Positions 1-9,080 of a stretch of DNA of 24,000 nt are shown one piece after another. Within the stretch, counting starts at the first letter, position 1. Every line of letters starts with the position of its first letter. Below the pieces are notes generated by a model, which saw only the letters and a list, made by a program, of their open reading frames with translations, did not search any database and had not been told where the DNA came from. The position numbers and the translations under genes are program-made. The stretch is from Thermaerobacter sp. FW80 (GTDB taxonomy: Bacteria > Bacillota > Sulfobacillia > Thermaerobacterales > Thermaerobacteraceae): assembly GCF_004634385.1 (NCBI RefSeq), contig NZ_CP037895.1, positions 633,245 through 657,244 on the forward strand, in the 5' to 3' direction.

Positions 1-727
1 CCAGGCCGGCCACCAGCACCCCGGCCGTCTCGGTGCGCAGGATCCGCGGCCCCAGGGTGACCACCCGCGCCCCGGCGTGCCGGGCTGCCTCCACCTCCTC
101 GGCCTCCCAGCCGCCCTCGGGTCCGATCAGGATCAGCACCCGCCGCCCCGCGGCGGGCCGCCCCCAGGCGGCAGCCCGGGCCTCCAGCTCCTGCCGCAGG
201 CCCCGGGCCTCCTCTTCCTCCCAGGGCATCAGGATCAGGTCCCAGGCCGCCTCCGCCAGCAGGGCCTCCAGGGTCGCGGGTGGATCGACGCGCGGCACCG
301 CCGAGCGCTGGGCCTGGCGCGCCGCCTCCCGGGCGATCCGCCGCCAGCGCTCGACCCGCCGCGCCACGGCGGCGTCCCGCGGCCGGCTGATGGAGCGGGC
401 GGCCCACACCGGGACGAACCGGCTCACGCCGACCTCCGTGCCGTGGCGGACGACCTCCTCCATCTTGGCCCCCTTGGGCAGGCCCTGGCCGAGGGTGACG
501 TGCACGGGCGGCTCGCTGCCCGGCAGCGGCGCCACCGCCCGCACCCGCGGCGGCGTCCCGGCCGCCAGCTGGCTCAGCCAGCGGCGGCCCGCCGGGGTCA
601 CGGCCACCACCCGGTCCCCCGGCCTGCGACGCAACACCCGCAGCAGGTGGTGGGCGTCGTCCGGGGCCAGGGTCGCCTGCCCGCCGACGGCCAGCTCCTC
701 CTCGACGAAGACGTGCGGGACGAACAT
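1..727 (-). CDS. rsmE: 16S rRNA (uracil1498-N3)-methyltransferase RsmE; 3' end runs off the window
   Basis: Own translation from ATG 727-725: MFVPHVFVEEELAVGGQATLAPDDAHHLLRVLRRRPGDRVVAVTP...VLILIGPEGGWEAEEVEAARHAGARVVTLGPRILRTETAGVLVAGL. GPEGG and LGxRILRxETA are RsmE hallmarks. GGGAGAGG lies 5 nt upstream of the ATG. Absent from the ORF track because no stop falls inside the window. Sits after prmA, as yqeU does in Bacillus. Confidence 0.85.
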   Translation of the reverse strand, partial: MFVPHVFVEEELAVGGQATLAPDDAHHLLRVLRRRPGDRVVAVTPAGRRWLSQLAAGTPPRVRAVAPLPGSEPPVHVTLGQGLPKGAKMEEVVRHGTEVGVSRFVPVWAARSISRPRDAAVARRVERWRRIAREAARQAQRSAVPRVDPPATLEALLAEAAWDLILMPWEEEEARGLRQELEARAAAWGRPAAGRRVLILIGPEGGWEAEEVEAARHAGARVVTLGPRILRTETAGVLVAGL

Positions 728-757
728 GCTGCCTCTCCCGTCGACCCTGGTTCGCGA

Positions 758-1669
758 CTAGTTCGGGACGGCGAGCCGCCACGCCTCCCAGCCCTCGGCC
801 CGGCGGCGCCGGCGGATCTCCAGCCCCCTGGCGCGGCAGCGTTCCTCCAGATCCCGGGTGTCCGTCGCCTCGCTGACGAGACCGGAGAGGACCAGGGCGC
901 CCCCCGGCCGCGTCAGGTGCACCAGGTCGTCCAGGGTCTCGGCGAGCACCGCGGCGGTGATGTTGGCCACCGTGACCGCGGCGGGCAGGTGGACGGCCCA
1001 TCCCGGCGGGGGCTGGCGCCGCACCGCCGCCGCGGTCCCCGCAGCCACCCGCACCCGGTCGTCCACCCCATTGGCCGAGGCGTTGTCCTGAGCCACGCGG
1101 ACGGCCCCCGGGTCGATGTCCACGGCCAGCACCGGCCGCGCCCCCAGCAGGGCGGCGGCGATGGCCAGGATGCCCGAGCCGGTGCCCACGTCCAGCACCG
1201 GCCGCGGCTCCGGCTGGCCCTCGAGCTCCTCCTCGAGGAGCTCGAGGGCCAGCCGGGTGGAGGCGTGCTGACCGGTGCCGAAGGCCATGCCGGGGTCCAG
1301 CACCAGCGGGATGCGGGGGCCGGGGTCGACCCGATGGCGCTCCCAGCTGGGCACCACCAGCAACCGCCGGCCGACGGGGAGGGGACGGAAGTGGGCCTTC
1401 CACGCCTCGGCCCACTCGTCCACGGCCCGCGCCCGGACCGCCGGCGCCCACGGCCCCACCGCCGGGAAGACCTGCCGCACGCGCCGCCAGCGCTCGCCCA
1501 GCCGGCGATAGCGCTCCTCGAACCCCTCTTCCGGCAGGTAGGCCCGGATGCGCACGGTGCCGCCCCGTTCCTCCCAGGCGAAGCCGGCATCCACCACCTC
1601 CAGCACCGCGGCGGCCGCCGCCTCGGCCGCCTGGGCGGGCACGTCGATGACCATCTCCAGCCAGCGCAC
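758..1669 (-). CDS. prmA: ribosomal protein L11 methyltransferase PrmA
   Basis: ORF 758..1789 holds the PrmA core: LLVVPSWE, LDPGMAFGTGQHASTRL, the SAM motif VLDVGTGSGILAIAAALLGA, and AVDIDPGAV. Start trimmed to GTG 1669 (V-RWLEMVIDVP, a typical PrmA N-terminus) with GGGGGG 6-7 nt upstream. ATG 1654 is an alternative. Confidence 0.9.
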   Translation of the reverse strand: MRWLEMVIDVPAQAAEAAAAAVLEVVDAGFAWEERGGTVRIRAYLPEEGFEERYRRLGERWRRVRQVFPAVGPWAPAVRARAVDEWAEAWKAHFRPLPVGRRLLVVPSWERHRVDPGPRIPLVLDPGMAFGTGQHASTRLALELLEEELEGQPEPRPVLDVGTGSGILAIAAALLGARPVLAVDIDPGAVRVAQDNASANGVDDRVRVAAGTAAAVRRQPPPGWAVHLPAAVTVANITAAVLAETLDDLVHLTRPGGALVLSGLVSEATDTRDLEERCRARGLEIRRRRRAEGWEAWRLAVPN

Positions 1670-1887
1670 GGCCGACCCCCCGTTGGCACGCCGCGCCGCC
1701 CGGACCGCAGCCCCTCGGTCCCGGCCCGCGCCGTCCGCGCCCACCCCTCGGCAGCGAAGCCCGCAGCGGGCCCGGCCCGGTGCGGGCACCCGCCCCCGGG
1801 ATCCGGGGTGCCTCCGGGGTGCCTCCCGCCGAGGGCATGGACTGGCCTCGGCGGCTCCTTCGGCGCCCGTTCACCCCGTGGGGGCTG

Positions 1888-3060
1888 CTACAGGTTGAAG
1901 GCGTCCCGCATCCGCTGGAAGAGGCCGCGTTCCTCCACCACGGCCTCGCCCCGCAGGCGGGCCAGCTCCAGCAGCAGCTCGCGCTCCCGCTCGGTGAGGC
2001 GGCGCGGGACCTCCACCCGCACCCGCACCAGCTGGTCGCCGCGGCCGCCGCCCCGCAGGCGGGGCATCCCCTTGCCCTTGAGGCGGATCACCTGGCCGGG
2101 CTGGGTGCCGGGCGGGATGAGCAGCTCCTCCTCCCCCTCCAGGGTCGGGACCCGCAACCGGGCGCCCAAGGCGGCCTGGGCGATGCCGAGGCCGACCTCG
2201 GTGACGATGTCGTCGCCCTCTCGCCGGAACACCGGGTGCGGCTTGATGCGGATCCGCACGTAGAGGTCGCCGGGCGGCCCGCCGCGGCGGCCCGGCTGGC
2301 CCTGCCCGCGCAGCCGCAGCCGCATGCCGTCGTCGACGCCCGCGGGGATCTCGACCTCCAGGGTGCGCGGGCGGCGCACCTGACCGCGGCCGCCACAGGT
2401 GCGGCAGGCGGCGGCCGCCATGCGCCCCGCGCCGCCGCAGCGCGGGCACGTCTGCACGGTGACGAACTGGCCGAAGGGGGTCGCCCGCGCCGAGCGGATC
2501 TGGCCGGTGCCGCCGCACTGGGGGCAGGCCACCAGGCGCCCGCCCTCGGCGCCGGTGCCGCGGCAGGCGGCACACGGCTCCGGGCGTTCGATGCGGATCT
2601 CCCGGCGCCCGCCGCGGGCGGCCTCCTCCAGCGTCAGCTCCAGCTCCGTCTCCAGGTCCGCGCCCCGCACGGGGCCGCCGCGCCGGGACGCCCGGCCACC
2701 CCCGAAGACGGCGTCGAAGAGGTCGCCGAAGCCGAAATCGCCGAATCCCTCGAACCCCTCGAAGCCGCCGAAGGGACCAAACCCGCCGTCGGCGCCGCCG
2801 GCTCCGCCCGGGCCCCCGGCCGTCCACGGTCCGGCCCCGGCGCCTTCGGCCGTGCCGAAGCGGTCGTAGGCCGCCCGCTTCTCCGGGTCGCTCAGGACCT
2901 GGTACGCCTCGTTGATCTCCTTGAACCGGCGCTCCGCCTCGGGGTCGCCCGGGTTGGCGTCCGGGTGGTAGCGGCGGGCCAGCCGCCGATACGCCTTCTT
3001 GATCTCCTCCGGGGACGCGTCGCGCGAGACCCCCAGGATCTCGTAGTAGTCCTTCGCCAC
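1888..3060 (-). CDS. dnaJ: molecular chaperone DnaJ (Hsp40)
   Basis: J domain (M)[33 protein letters not shown], a G/F-rich region, and four CxxCxGxG zinc-finger repeats ([32 protein letters not shown]). GTG start at 3060 with GGGGGAGGTG 5 nt upstream. Confidence 0.97.
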   Translation of the reverse strand: MAKDYYEILGVSRDASPEEIKKAYRRLARRYHPDANPGDPEAERRFKEINEAYQVLSDPEKRAAYDRFGTAEGAGAGPWTAGGPGGAGGADGGFGPFGGFEGFEGFGDFGFGDLFDAVFGGGRASRRGGPVRGADLETELELTLEEAARGGRREIRIERPEPCAACRGTGAEGGRLVACPQCGGTGQIRSARATPFGQFVTVQTCPRCGGAGRMAAAACRTCGGRGQVRRPRTLEVEIPAGVDDGMRLRLRGQGQPGRRGGPPGDLYVRIRIKPHPVFRREGDDIVTEVGLGIAQAALGARLRVPTLEGEEELLIPPGTQPGQVIRLKGKGMPRLRGGGRGDQLVRVRVEVPRRLTERERELLLELARLRGEAVVEERGLFQRMRDAFNL

Positions 3061-3130
3061 GCCGCACCTCCCCCCTCATGGCGCCGGCGGCGTCCGGCCG
3101 CGGCGACCGGCCCGGCCGGGACGGGCGGTC

Positions 3131-5071
3131 TCAGTCGCCGCCCGTCCCGGTGCGCTCGTCCTTGGCCCGGTACCCGGCATCGTAGACGTCGCCGGTCCCC
3201 CCGGAGGCGGAGGAACCCGCGCCCCCGGTCTCGCCCGCCGCCCCGCTCGCCGAGCCCCCGCCGGCCGCGGCCGCCTGCTGCTCGTAGATCTTGCGGCCGG
3301 CTTCGAGCAGGGCCTCGGAGAGCTCCTCGATGCGGCGCCGGATGGCCGCGGTGTCGTCGCCCCGGGCGGCCTCCTCCAGCGCCTTGATGCGCTCCTCGAT
3401 GCGCTGCTTGACCCCCGCGTCCAGCTTGCCCTCGTGCTCCTTCAGGGTCTTGCGCGCCTGGTAGAGCGTGGCGTCCGCCTGGTTGCGCGCCTCGATGAGC
3501 TCCTTGCGCTTGCGGTCCTCCTCGGCGTGCTGCTCGGCCTCCTTGATCATGCGCTGGATCTCTTCCTCGGTCAGCCCGCCCTGGGACTTGATGGTGATCT
3601 TCTGCTCCCGCCCGGTGCCCAGGTCCTTGGCGCGCACGTGGACGATGCCGTTGACGTCGATGTCGAAGGTGACCTCGATCTGCGGCACCCCCCGGGGCGC
3701 CGGCGGGATCCCGTCCAGGATGAACCGGCCCAGCGTCTTGTTGTCCTTGGCCAGCGGCCGCTCGCCCTGGACGACGTGGATCTCCACCTGGGTCTGCCCG
3801 TCGGCGGCGGTGGAGAAGATCTTCGACTTGGACGTCGGGATCGCGGTGTTGCGCGGGATCATGGGCTCGACCACGCCGCCCAGGACCTCGACGCCCAGGG
3901 TCAGGGGCGTGACGTCGACCAGCACCAGGTCCTTGACCTCGCCGGCCAGCACCCCGGCCTGGATGGCGGCGCCCATGGCCACCACCTCATCGGGGTTGAC
4001 CCCCTTGTGGGGCTCCTTGCCAAAGAACTCCCGGATCGCCCGCTGCACCGCGGGGATGCGGGTGGAGCCGCCCACCAGGATGATCTTGTCGATGTCCTCC
4101 GGCTTGAGCCCCGCGTCCTCCAGGGCGCGGCGGGTGGGCCCCATGGTCGCCTCCACCAGGTCGGCCGTCAGCTCCTCGAACTTCGCCCGCGTCAGCGTCA
4201 TGTCCAGGTGCTTCGGGCCGCTGGCGTCGGCGGTGATGAAGGGCAGGTTGATGTTCGTGCTCAGGGTCGACGACAGCTCGATCTTCGCCTTCTCCGCCGC
4301 CTCCTTGAGCCGCTGCAAGGCCATGCGGTCCTGGCGCAGGTCGATGCCGTGCTCCTTCTTGAACTCCTCGGCCAGCCAGTCGATGATCCGCTGGTCGAAG
4401 TCGTCGCCGCCCAGGTGGTTGTTGCCGCTGGTGGCCCGGACCTCGAAGACGCCGTCCCCCAGCTCGAGGATGGAGACGTCGAAGGTGCCGCCGCCCAGGT
4501 CGAAGACCAGGATCTTCTGGTCTTCCTCCTTGTCCAGGCCGTAGGCCAGGGCGGCCGCCGTCGGCTCGTTGATGATGCGCAGCACCTCGAGGCCCGCGAT
4601 GCGGCCCGCGTTCTTGGTCGCCTGGCGCTGGGCGTCGTTGAAGTAGGCGGGGACGGTGATCACCGCCTGCGTCACCGGCTCGCCCAGGTAGGCCTCGGCG
4701 TCCTGCTTGAGCTTCCGCAGGATCATGGCCGAGATCTCCTCGGGCGAGTAGAGCTTGCCGTCCACCTCCACCCGGGCGTCCCCGTTGGGTCCCTCGACCA
4801 CCTTGTAGGGCACCCGGGCGGCCTCGTCCCGCACCTCGCTGAAGCGGCGCCCCATGAAGCGCTTGATCGAGAAGATGGTGCGCTCGGGGTTGGTGACGGC
4901 CTGTCGCTTGGCCACCTGGCCGACCAGCAGCTCGCCGTCCTTGGACCAACCCACCACCGAAGGGGTGAGGCGGCTGCCCTCGGCGTTGGTGATCACCGTG
5001 GGCTCGCCACCCTCCAGCACCGCCACCACGGAGTTGGTGGTGCCCAGGTCGATGCCCACCACCTTGCCCAT
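3131..5071 (-). CDS. dnaK: molecular chaperone DnaK (Hsp70)
   Basis: [38 protein letters not shown] and other canonical Hsp70 signatures. ATG 5071 is preceded by GGAGGAGGGG. The 35 extra N-terminal codons of track ORF 3131..5176 are rejected. Confidence 0.98.
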   Translation of the reverse strand: MGKVVGIDLGTTNSVVAVLEGGEPTVITNAEGSRLTPSVVGWSKDGELLVGQVAKRQAVTNPERTIFSIKRFMGRRFSEVRDEAARVPYKVVEGPNGDARVEVDGKLYSPEEISAMILRKLKQDAEAYLGEPVTQAVITVPAYFNDAQRQATKNAGRIAGLEVLRIINEPTAAALAYGLDKEEDQKILVFDLGGGTFDVSILELGDGVFEVRATSGNNHLGGDDFDQRIIDWLAEEFKKEHGIDLRQDRMALQRLKEAAEKAKIELSSTLSTNINLPFITADASGPKHLDMTLTRAKFEELTADLVEATMGPTRRALEDAGLKPEDIDKIILVGGSTRIPAVQRAIREFFGKEPHKGVNPDEVVAMGAAIQAGVLAGEVKDLVLVDVTPLTLGVEVLGGVVEPMIPRNTAIPTSKSKIFSTAADGQTQVEIHVVQGERPLAKDNKTLGRFILDGIPPAPRGVPQIEVTFDIDVNGIVHVRAKDLGTGREQKITIKSQGGLTEEEIQRMIKEAEQHAEEDRKRKELIEARNQADATLYQARKTLKEHEGKLDAGVKQRIEERIKALEEAARGDDTAAIRRRIEELSEALLEAGRKIYEQQAAAAGGGSASGAAGETGGAGSSASGGTGDVYDAGYRAKDERTGTGGD

Positions 5072-5129
5072 GCCCGCTTCCCCTCCTCCGCGCATGCGTC
5101 GCCTTGCCGGTGGCCGCGGCGTTCCCCGG

Positions 5130-6170
5130 TCACCGGCCGCCGTCCTGCGCCGCGGCGCCCCCGGCGCCATCGGCACCGGTCTCGCCCCGGGCGGGGTCGG
5201 CCCCCGCCTGGCCGGCGGCGTCGGCCGACGGCGGCGCGGTCGCGGCCGGGGTTCCCGCGGGTGCCACCGCGACCTTGACCATGGCGGGGCGCAGGGTTCG
5301 TCCCCGGTATAGGTAGCCCCGCTGGAACACTTCTATCACCGTGCCGTCGGGACGGTCGGCGGTCTCCACGCGCGCCACCGCCTCGTGGCGGTGGGGATCG
5401 AAGGGCTGGCCCTCGGCCTCCATGGGTTCGACGCCGACCTGCCGGAGCACGTCGAGGAACTGCCGGTGGATCATGGCCACGCCCTGCACCACGGGGTGCC
5501 CGGCGTCGCCCCCCGCCGCCAGCGCCCGCTCCAGGTTGTCCAGCACGGGCAGCAGCGCCCGGACCAGCTCCGCCTCGGCGTCCTGCCGCCAGCGGCGCTG
5601 CTCTTCCATCATGCGGCGCCGGTAGTTGGTGAAGTCGGCCTGCAGCCGGCGCAGCTGGTCCAGGTACTCCTGGGCCTGGCGGCGAGCCGCCTCCGCTTCC
5701 GAGCGGGCGGCCGCGGCTTCGGCACGGGCCGCGTCGGCCGCGGCGCGGGCCTCGGCCGCCTCCCGGCGGGCCGCCTCCAGCGCCGCCAGGGCCTGGGCGA
5801 GGTCCCTGGGCGCGGCCTGGGCCTCGGCGGGTGCGGACCCGCCGGCGCTCGACCGGGCGGCCGGATCCGCCGCCTCCCCCGGCTCCGCGGCCGTGGCCGC
5901 CGCCGGACCCTCGGCCTCGTCCGCGGAGGACGCAGCCGTGGCCGCCGGAGGGCTCCCGCCCCCTTCCGCAGCGGGCGCAGCCGGCCCCTCGTCCGCCTCC
6001 TTCCGCGGGGGCGCGGAGGCCGCGCCCGGCGGGGCGGTCCGCGCCGCGGCGGTCCCTCCCTCGCCCCGGACCGCGGAGGGCTCGCCGCCGCCGGCGCCCT
6101 CCGGAGCCGATGCCGCCGTGGGGCGCGTCGCCTCCACCCGCGGTTCCCCCTCGACCCTCGACTCACCCAC
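5130..6170 (-). CDS. grpE: nucleotide exchange factor GrpE, with a long low-complexity N-terminal region and a C-terminal tail
   Basis: Canonical GrpE C-terminal half: [72 protein letters not shown]. Start set to GTG 6170, downstream of GAAGGAGGCGGAG. GTG 6137, behind GAGGGGGA, is an alternative. The track start (TTG 6215) lies inside the hrcA terminator T-tract. Confidence 0.9.
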   Translation of the reverse strand: MGESRVEGEPRVEATRPTAASAPEGAGGGEPSAVRGEGGTAAARTAPPGAASAPPRKEADEGPAAPAAEGGGSPPAATAASSADEAEGPAAATAAEPGEAADPAARSSAGGSAPAEAQAAPRDLAQALAALEAARREAAEARAAADAARAEAAAARSEAEAARRQAQEYLDQLRRLQADFTNYRRRMMEEQRRWRQDAEAELVRALLPVLDNLERALAAGGDAGHPVVQGVAMIHRQFLDVLRQVGVEPMEAEGQPFDPHRHEAVARVETADRPDGTVIEVFQRGYLYRGRTLRPAMVKVAVAPAGTPAATAPPSADAAGQAGADPARGETGADGAGGAAAQDGGR

Positions 6171-6211
6171 GATCGGGCTCCGCCTCCTTCCGGCCTCCGG
6201 CCCGCACCCGG

Positions 6212-6240
6212 ACAAAAAAGCCCCGCCACCGGTGGCAGGG
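6212..6240 (-). terminator. rho-independent terminator/attenuator between hrcA and grpE
   Basis: The minus-strand RNA reads CCCUGCCA-CCGG-UGGCGGGG (8 bp including one G-U pair) followed by CUUUUUUGUC. It starts 30 nt after the hrcA stop. The wobble pair is a C-A mismatch on the other strand, so the structure is specific to the minus strand. Confidence 0.7.
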
Positions 6241-6269
6241 ACGCGGATCCCGTCCGGCGGCGGGCCCCA

Positions 6270-7292
6270 TCAACGCACCGTGCGTTCCATCGCCTCCGTC
6301 AGCAGCTGGGCCAACAGCTCCATCACGCTGGTGATGCGGGCGTAGTGCATGCGCTTCGGCCCGAGGACGGCGATGCGGCCCGCCGCCTCACCCCCAAGCC
6401 GGTAGGTGGCGCTGATCACGCTGCAGTCGTAGAGGTCCGGGTACGGGTTCTCGTGACCGATGGTGATCACCAGCTCGTCGCCGCCCTGCCGGCCCAGCAG
6501 GTCGCGGACCAGCTCCTGCTGCTCCACCAGGCCCAGGACGGCCTGGGCCCGCTGGACGTCCTGGAACTCGGGCTGGCGGAACAACCGCCGCGTGCCGAGG
6601 ACGAACACCGGGTGGTCGTCTTCGGACGCCGGCGGCCGCAAGGCCTCCAGCGCCGCCTCGAGCAGGGCGCCGCACGCCGCCAGTTCGTCGTGCAACTCGC
6701 GCAACGCCGTGCGGCCCACCTGATCCAGGGTGAGCCCGGCCAGCCTGCGCGTCAGCACGGCGGAGATGCGCTGCAGATCCGCCTCGCTGGCGGGCTCGGG
6801 CAGCTCCACCAGCCGCTGCTGCACCAGCCCCTCGTCCGTGACCAGGACCAGCACGGCCCGCCGCTCGCTGAGCGGGAGCACCTGCAGGTGCCGGAAGGTC
6901 ACCGGTTCCACCCGCGGCGACTCCACCAGGGCCAGGCAGTCCGTGGTCTCGCTGAGCACCTGGGCCGTCTGCCGCAGCAACCGGCTGACGTGGTCGACCC
7001 GCTCCGCGTACATGCGCCGCAGGCGCTCCACCAGTTCGGGCGGCGGGGTGACCGCGTCCATCAGCATGTCGACGAAGAAGCGGTAGCCCCGGTCGGAAGG
7101 GATCCGCCCGGCGGAGGTGTGGGGCTGCTCGAGGAAGCCCATCTCCTCCAGGTCCGCCATCTCGTTGCGGATGGTGGCCGGGCTCACGCCCAGACCGTAC
7201 TTGCGGGCCAGGGTGCGGGATCCGACCGGCTCCGCCGTGTCGACGTAGTCCTCGACCACCGCCTTGAGGACCTGTTGCTTGCGGCGGTCCAT
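6270..7292 (-). CDS. hrcA: heat-inducible transcription repressor HrcA
   Basis: MDRRKQQVLKAVVEDYVDTAEPVGSRTLARKYGLGVSPATIRNEMADLEEMGFLEQPHTSAGRIPSDRGYRFFVD is a textbook HrcA N-terminus. ATG 7292 has GAGGGGGG 8 nt upstream. A CIRCE element lies upstream. Confidence 0.96.
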   Translation of the reverse strand: MDRRKQQVLKAVVEDYVDTAEPVGSRTLARKYGLGVSPATIRNEMADLEEMGFLEQPHTSAGRIPSDRGYRFFVDMLMDAVTPPPELVERLRRMYAERVDHVSRLLRQTAQVLSETTDCLALVESPRVEPVTFRHLQVLPLSERRAVLVLVTDEGLVQQRLVELPEPASEADLQRISAVLTRRLAGLTLDQVGRTALRELHDELAACGALLEAALEALRPPASEDDHPVFVLGTRRLFRQPEFQDVQRAQAVLGLVEQQELVRDLLGRQGGDELVITIGHENPYPDLYDCSVISATYRLGGEAAGRIAVLGPKRMHYARITSVMELLAQLLTEAMERTVR

Positions 7293-7398
7293 CGGCTGAT
7301 CCCCCCTCGGCCCCGGAGCCCGCCCGGCCGGTTCCGGCCGGGCACGGGGTGCCGCCGTGGCGGCCTCCGGCGACCTGCGGGTCGACGCGTCCCTCCGC

Positions 7399-7425
7399 TT
7401 AGCACTCGATGACAGAGAGTGCTAA
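7399..7425 (-). promoter_or_regulatory. CIRCE operator (HrcA binding site)
   Basis: TTAGCACTC-gatgacaga-GAGTGCTAA is a perfect match to the consensus TTAGCACTC-N9-GAGTGCTAA. It lies between the putative promoter and the hrcA start. Confidence 0.96.
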
Positions 7426-7438
7426 CGATCCTCCTTAC

Positions 7439-7467
7439 AAGGTAGCACCGGCGCGGGATCCCGTCAA
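7439..7467 (-). promoter_or_regulatory. putative sigma-A promoter of the hrcA-grpE-dnaK-dnaJ operon
   Basis: The minus strand reads TTGACG (7467-7462), a 17-nt spacer ending in TGC (extended -10 TGn), then TACCTT (7444-7439). CIRCE begins 13 nt downstream. The -35 element overlaps the hemW stop codon. Confidence 0.55.
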
Positions 7468-9080
7468 CGCGTCGGCGCCGCCGCGTCGACGCCGCCCGGC
7501 CCGCCGCCCGCACCCGTCCGGATGTCATCGGTGTCGACGAAGGCGACCAGCACGCTGTTGGCCACCGGCACCGCCGCCGGGCTGAGCCGGATCCGTCCCC
7601 CCTCGCGAACCAGCCACCCCTCCTCCAGCAGCCGCCGGATCGCCCTGGGGAAGGCCTCCTCCGGGGTCAACCCGAAGCGGCGCGCGAACCGGCCCTCGTC
7701 GACCCCCTCCGCCAGCCGCAGGCCGAGGATCATGGTGTCCTCCATCGCCCGTCGCCGATCCACCCGCTCCGTGACGTCCACCGGCAGCCGGCCCTCGGCC
7801 AGGGCGGCCGCGTAGGCCATGGGGTGGAGCCGGTTGCGCCGCCGCTCGCCGCGCCAGCAGGACCAGGCCCCCGGCCCCGCCCCCAGGTAGGAGCCGTTGA
7901 GCCAGTACACCCGGTTGTGCACCGACTCCCTCCCCGGTCGGGCGTAGTTGGAGATCTCGTACCGGACGAACCCGGCCTCGCCCAGCACCTCGTACGCGCG
8001 ATCGAACATGGCCCGCTCGGCGTCCTCGCCGGGCAGCTGGAGCCGGCCCGCCTCCCACTCCCGGTAGAAGGGCGTGCCGGGATGGAGCTCGAGCCCGTAG
8101 CAGGAGACGTGCTCGGGTCCCAGGTCGACCACCGCCCGCAACGACGCCTCCCACTGCTCCAGGCTCTGGCCCGGCAGGCCGAAGATCAGGTCGACGTTCA
8201 CGTTGTCGAACCCGGCCCGCCGCACCCGCCGGTAGGTGGCGCAGAAGTCGGCCCAGGTGTGGTCGCGACCGATGGCCCGCAACAGCTCGTCCTGCACGGC
8301 CTGCAGGCCCAGGCTGAGGCGGTTGACGCCCCCGTCCCGCAGGACGGCCAACCGCTCCTCGTCCAGGGTGCCGGGGTTGCACTCCACGGTGACCTCGGCG
8401 TCCGGCGCGAGACGGAAGGCGCGGCGCACCGCCGCCAGCAGCCGCTCCAGTTCCGCCGGCTCCAGGATCGAGGGGGTGCCGCCGCCCACGTAGACCGAGA
8501 CCAGGGGCCGCGTCAGGGCCGGGTCGGCCGCCAGCAGGGCCAACTCCCGTTCGAGGGCGCCCAGGTAGCGGACCTTGCCCGCGGGGTCGAGGAGATAGGT
8601 GTTGAAGTCGCAGTAGTGGCAGCGCTGGCGGCAGTAGGGCACGTGCACGTACAGGGCCGGCCCCGCGTCCCACGCGGGCCAGGGCGCGCCGCCCTCCGCC
8701 CGGGACTGGGCCTCCCGGCACCGTTCCCGCCCCTGCCCGGCGCCGCCATCGGGACGGACAAGGGCGCCCCGGGCCGTGGCGTCCGCGGGGCCGGCGCCGA
8801 TCGAGGGCGCCGGCCCCGTCGACGCGTTCGTCCCGGAAGCCGCGGGCCCAGCGGGGGGCGAGGCCCGACGGCGGTCCGCCGGTGCCGCCGTGGGGGTCGC
8901 CGCGGCGGCCCGGCCGGTTCCTCCTGCCGGCCCGGACCCGGACGGCGCGGCCTGAGGCCCCCGGCCTGCCGGCGCTCCCGCGGCCTGGGGGGTCGGCCGT
9001 GGCGCCTGGGCGGGCACCGGGCGCGCCTCTCGCGCCTGCGCTGCACCCACGCGACCCGCTCGTGCCGGCACCGCGCTCAC
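7464..9080 (-). CDS. hemW: radical SAM heme chaperone HemW / oxygen-independent coproporphyrinogen-III oxidase-like protein (Bacillus 'hemN' position); start uncertain
   Basis: [20 protein letters not shown] (CxxxCxxC radical SAM cluster), [14 protein letters not shown], and a HemN_C-like C-terminus. In-frame GTG candidates occur at 9080 (overlapping the lepA stop as GTGA), 9071, 9050 and 9017. No ATG/GTG/TTG lies between 9017 and the Cys cluster. Track start 9230 is rejected because it overlaps lepA by 154 nt. Confidence 0.85.
   Translation of the reverse strand: MSAVPARAGRVGAAQAREARPVPAQAPRPTPQAAGAPAGRGPQAAPSGSGPAGGTGRAAAATPTAAPADRRRASPPAGPAASGTNASTGPAPSIGAGPADATARGALVRPDGGAGQGRERCREAQSRAEGGAPWPAWDAGPALYVHVPYCRQRCHYCDFNTYLLDPAGKVRYLGALERELALLAADPALTRPLVSVYVGGGTPSILEPAELERLLAAVRRAFRLAPDAEVTVECNPGTLDEERLAVLRDGGVNRLSLGLQAVQDELLRAIGRDHTWADFCATYRRVRRAGFDNVNVDLIFGLPGQSLEQWEASLRAVVDLGPEHVSCYGLELHPGTPFYREWEAGRLQLPGEDAERAMFDRAYEVLGEAGFVRYEISNYARPGRESVHNRVYWLNGSYLGAGPGAWSCWRGERRRNRLHPMAYAAALAEGRLPVDVTERVDRRRAMEDTMILGLRLAEGVDEGRFARRFGLTPEEAFPRAIRRLLEEGWLVREGGRIRLSPAAVPVANSVLVAFVDTDDIRTGAGGGPGGVDAAAPTR

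Noticed and set aside
3091-3123. A GC-rich hairpin, CGTCC(C)GGCCG...CGGCCGGGACG, in the dnaK-dnaJ spacer; considered as a possible terminator.
   Set aside because: It has a bulged stem and no U-tract, and dnaJ's RBS follows immediately. Stems of this quality are expected by chance at this GC content, so it was not called.
5072-5176. A 35-codon N-terminal extension of the dnaK ORF ([15 protein letters not shown]...).
   Set aside because: The conserved Hsp70 N-terminus [14 protein letters not shown] starts at ATG 5071, directly behind GGAGGAGGGG. The extension is Arg-rich and has no RBS.
6171-6215. The TTG start of the grpE ORF given in the track.
   Set aside because: The TTG lies inside the terminator T-tract and hairpin that follow hrcA. 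The strong GAAGGAGG site is downstream of it and serves GTG 6170 or 6137.
7430-7436. A perfect AAGGAGG between the hrcA promoter -10 and CIRCE, which looks like a ribosome-binding site.
   Set aside because: No start codon follows within a usable distance (the next bases are the CIRCE repeat). It sits at about the predicted transcription start, so it is most likely fortuitous.
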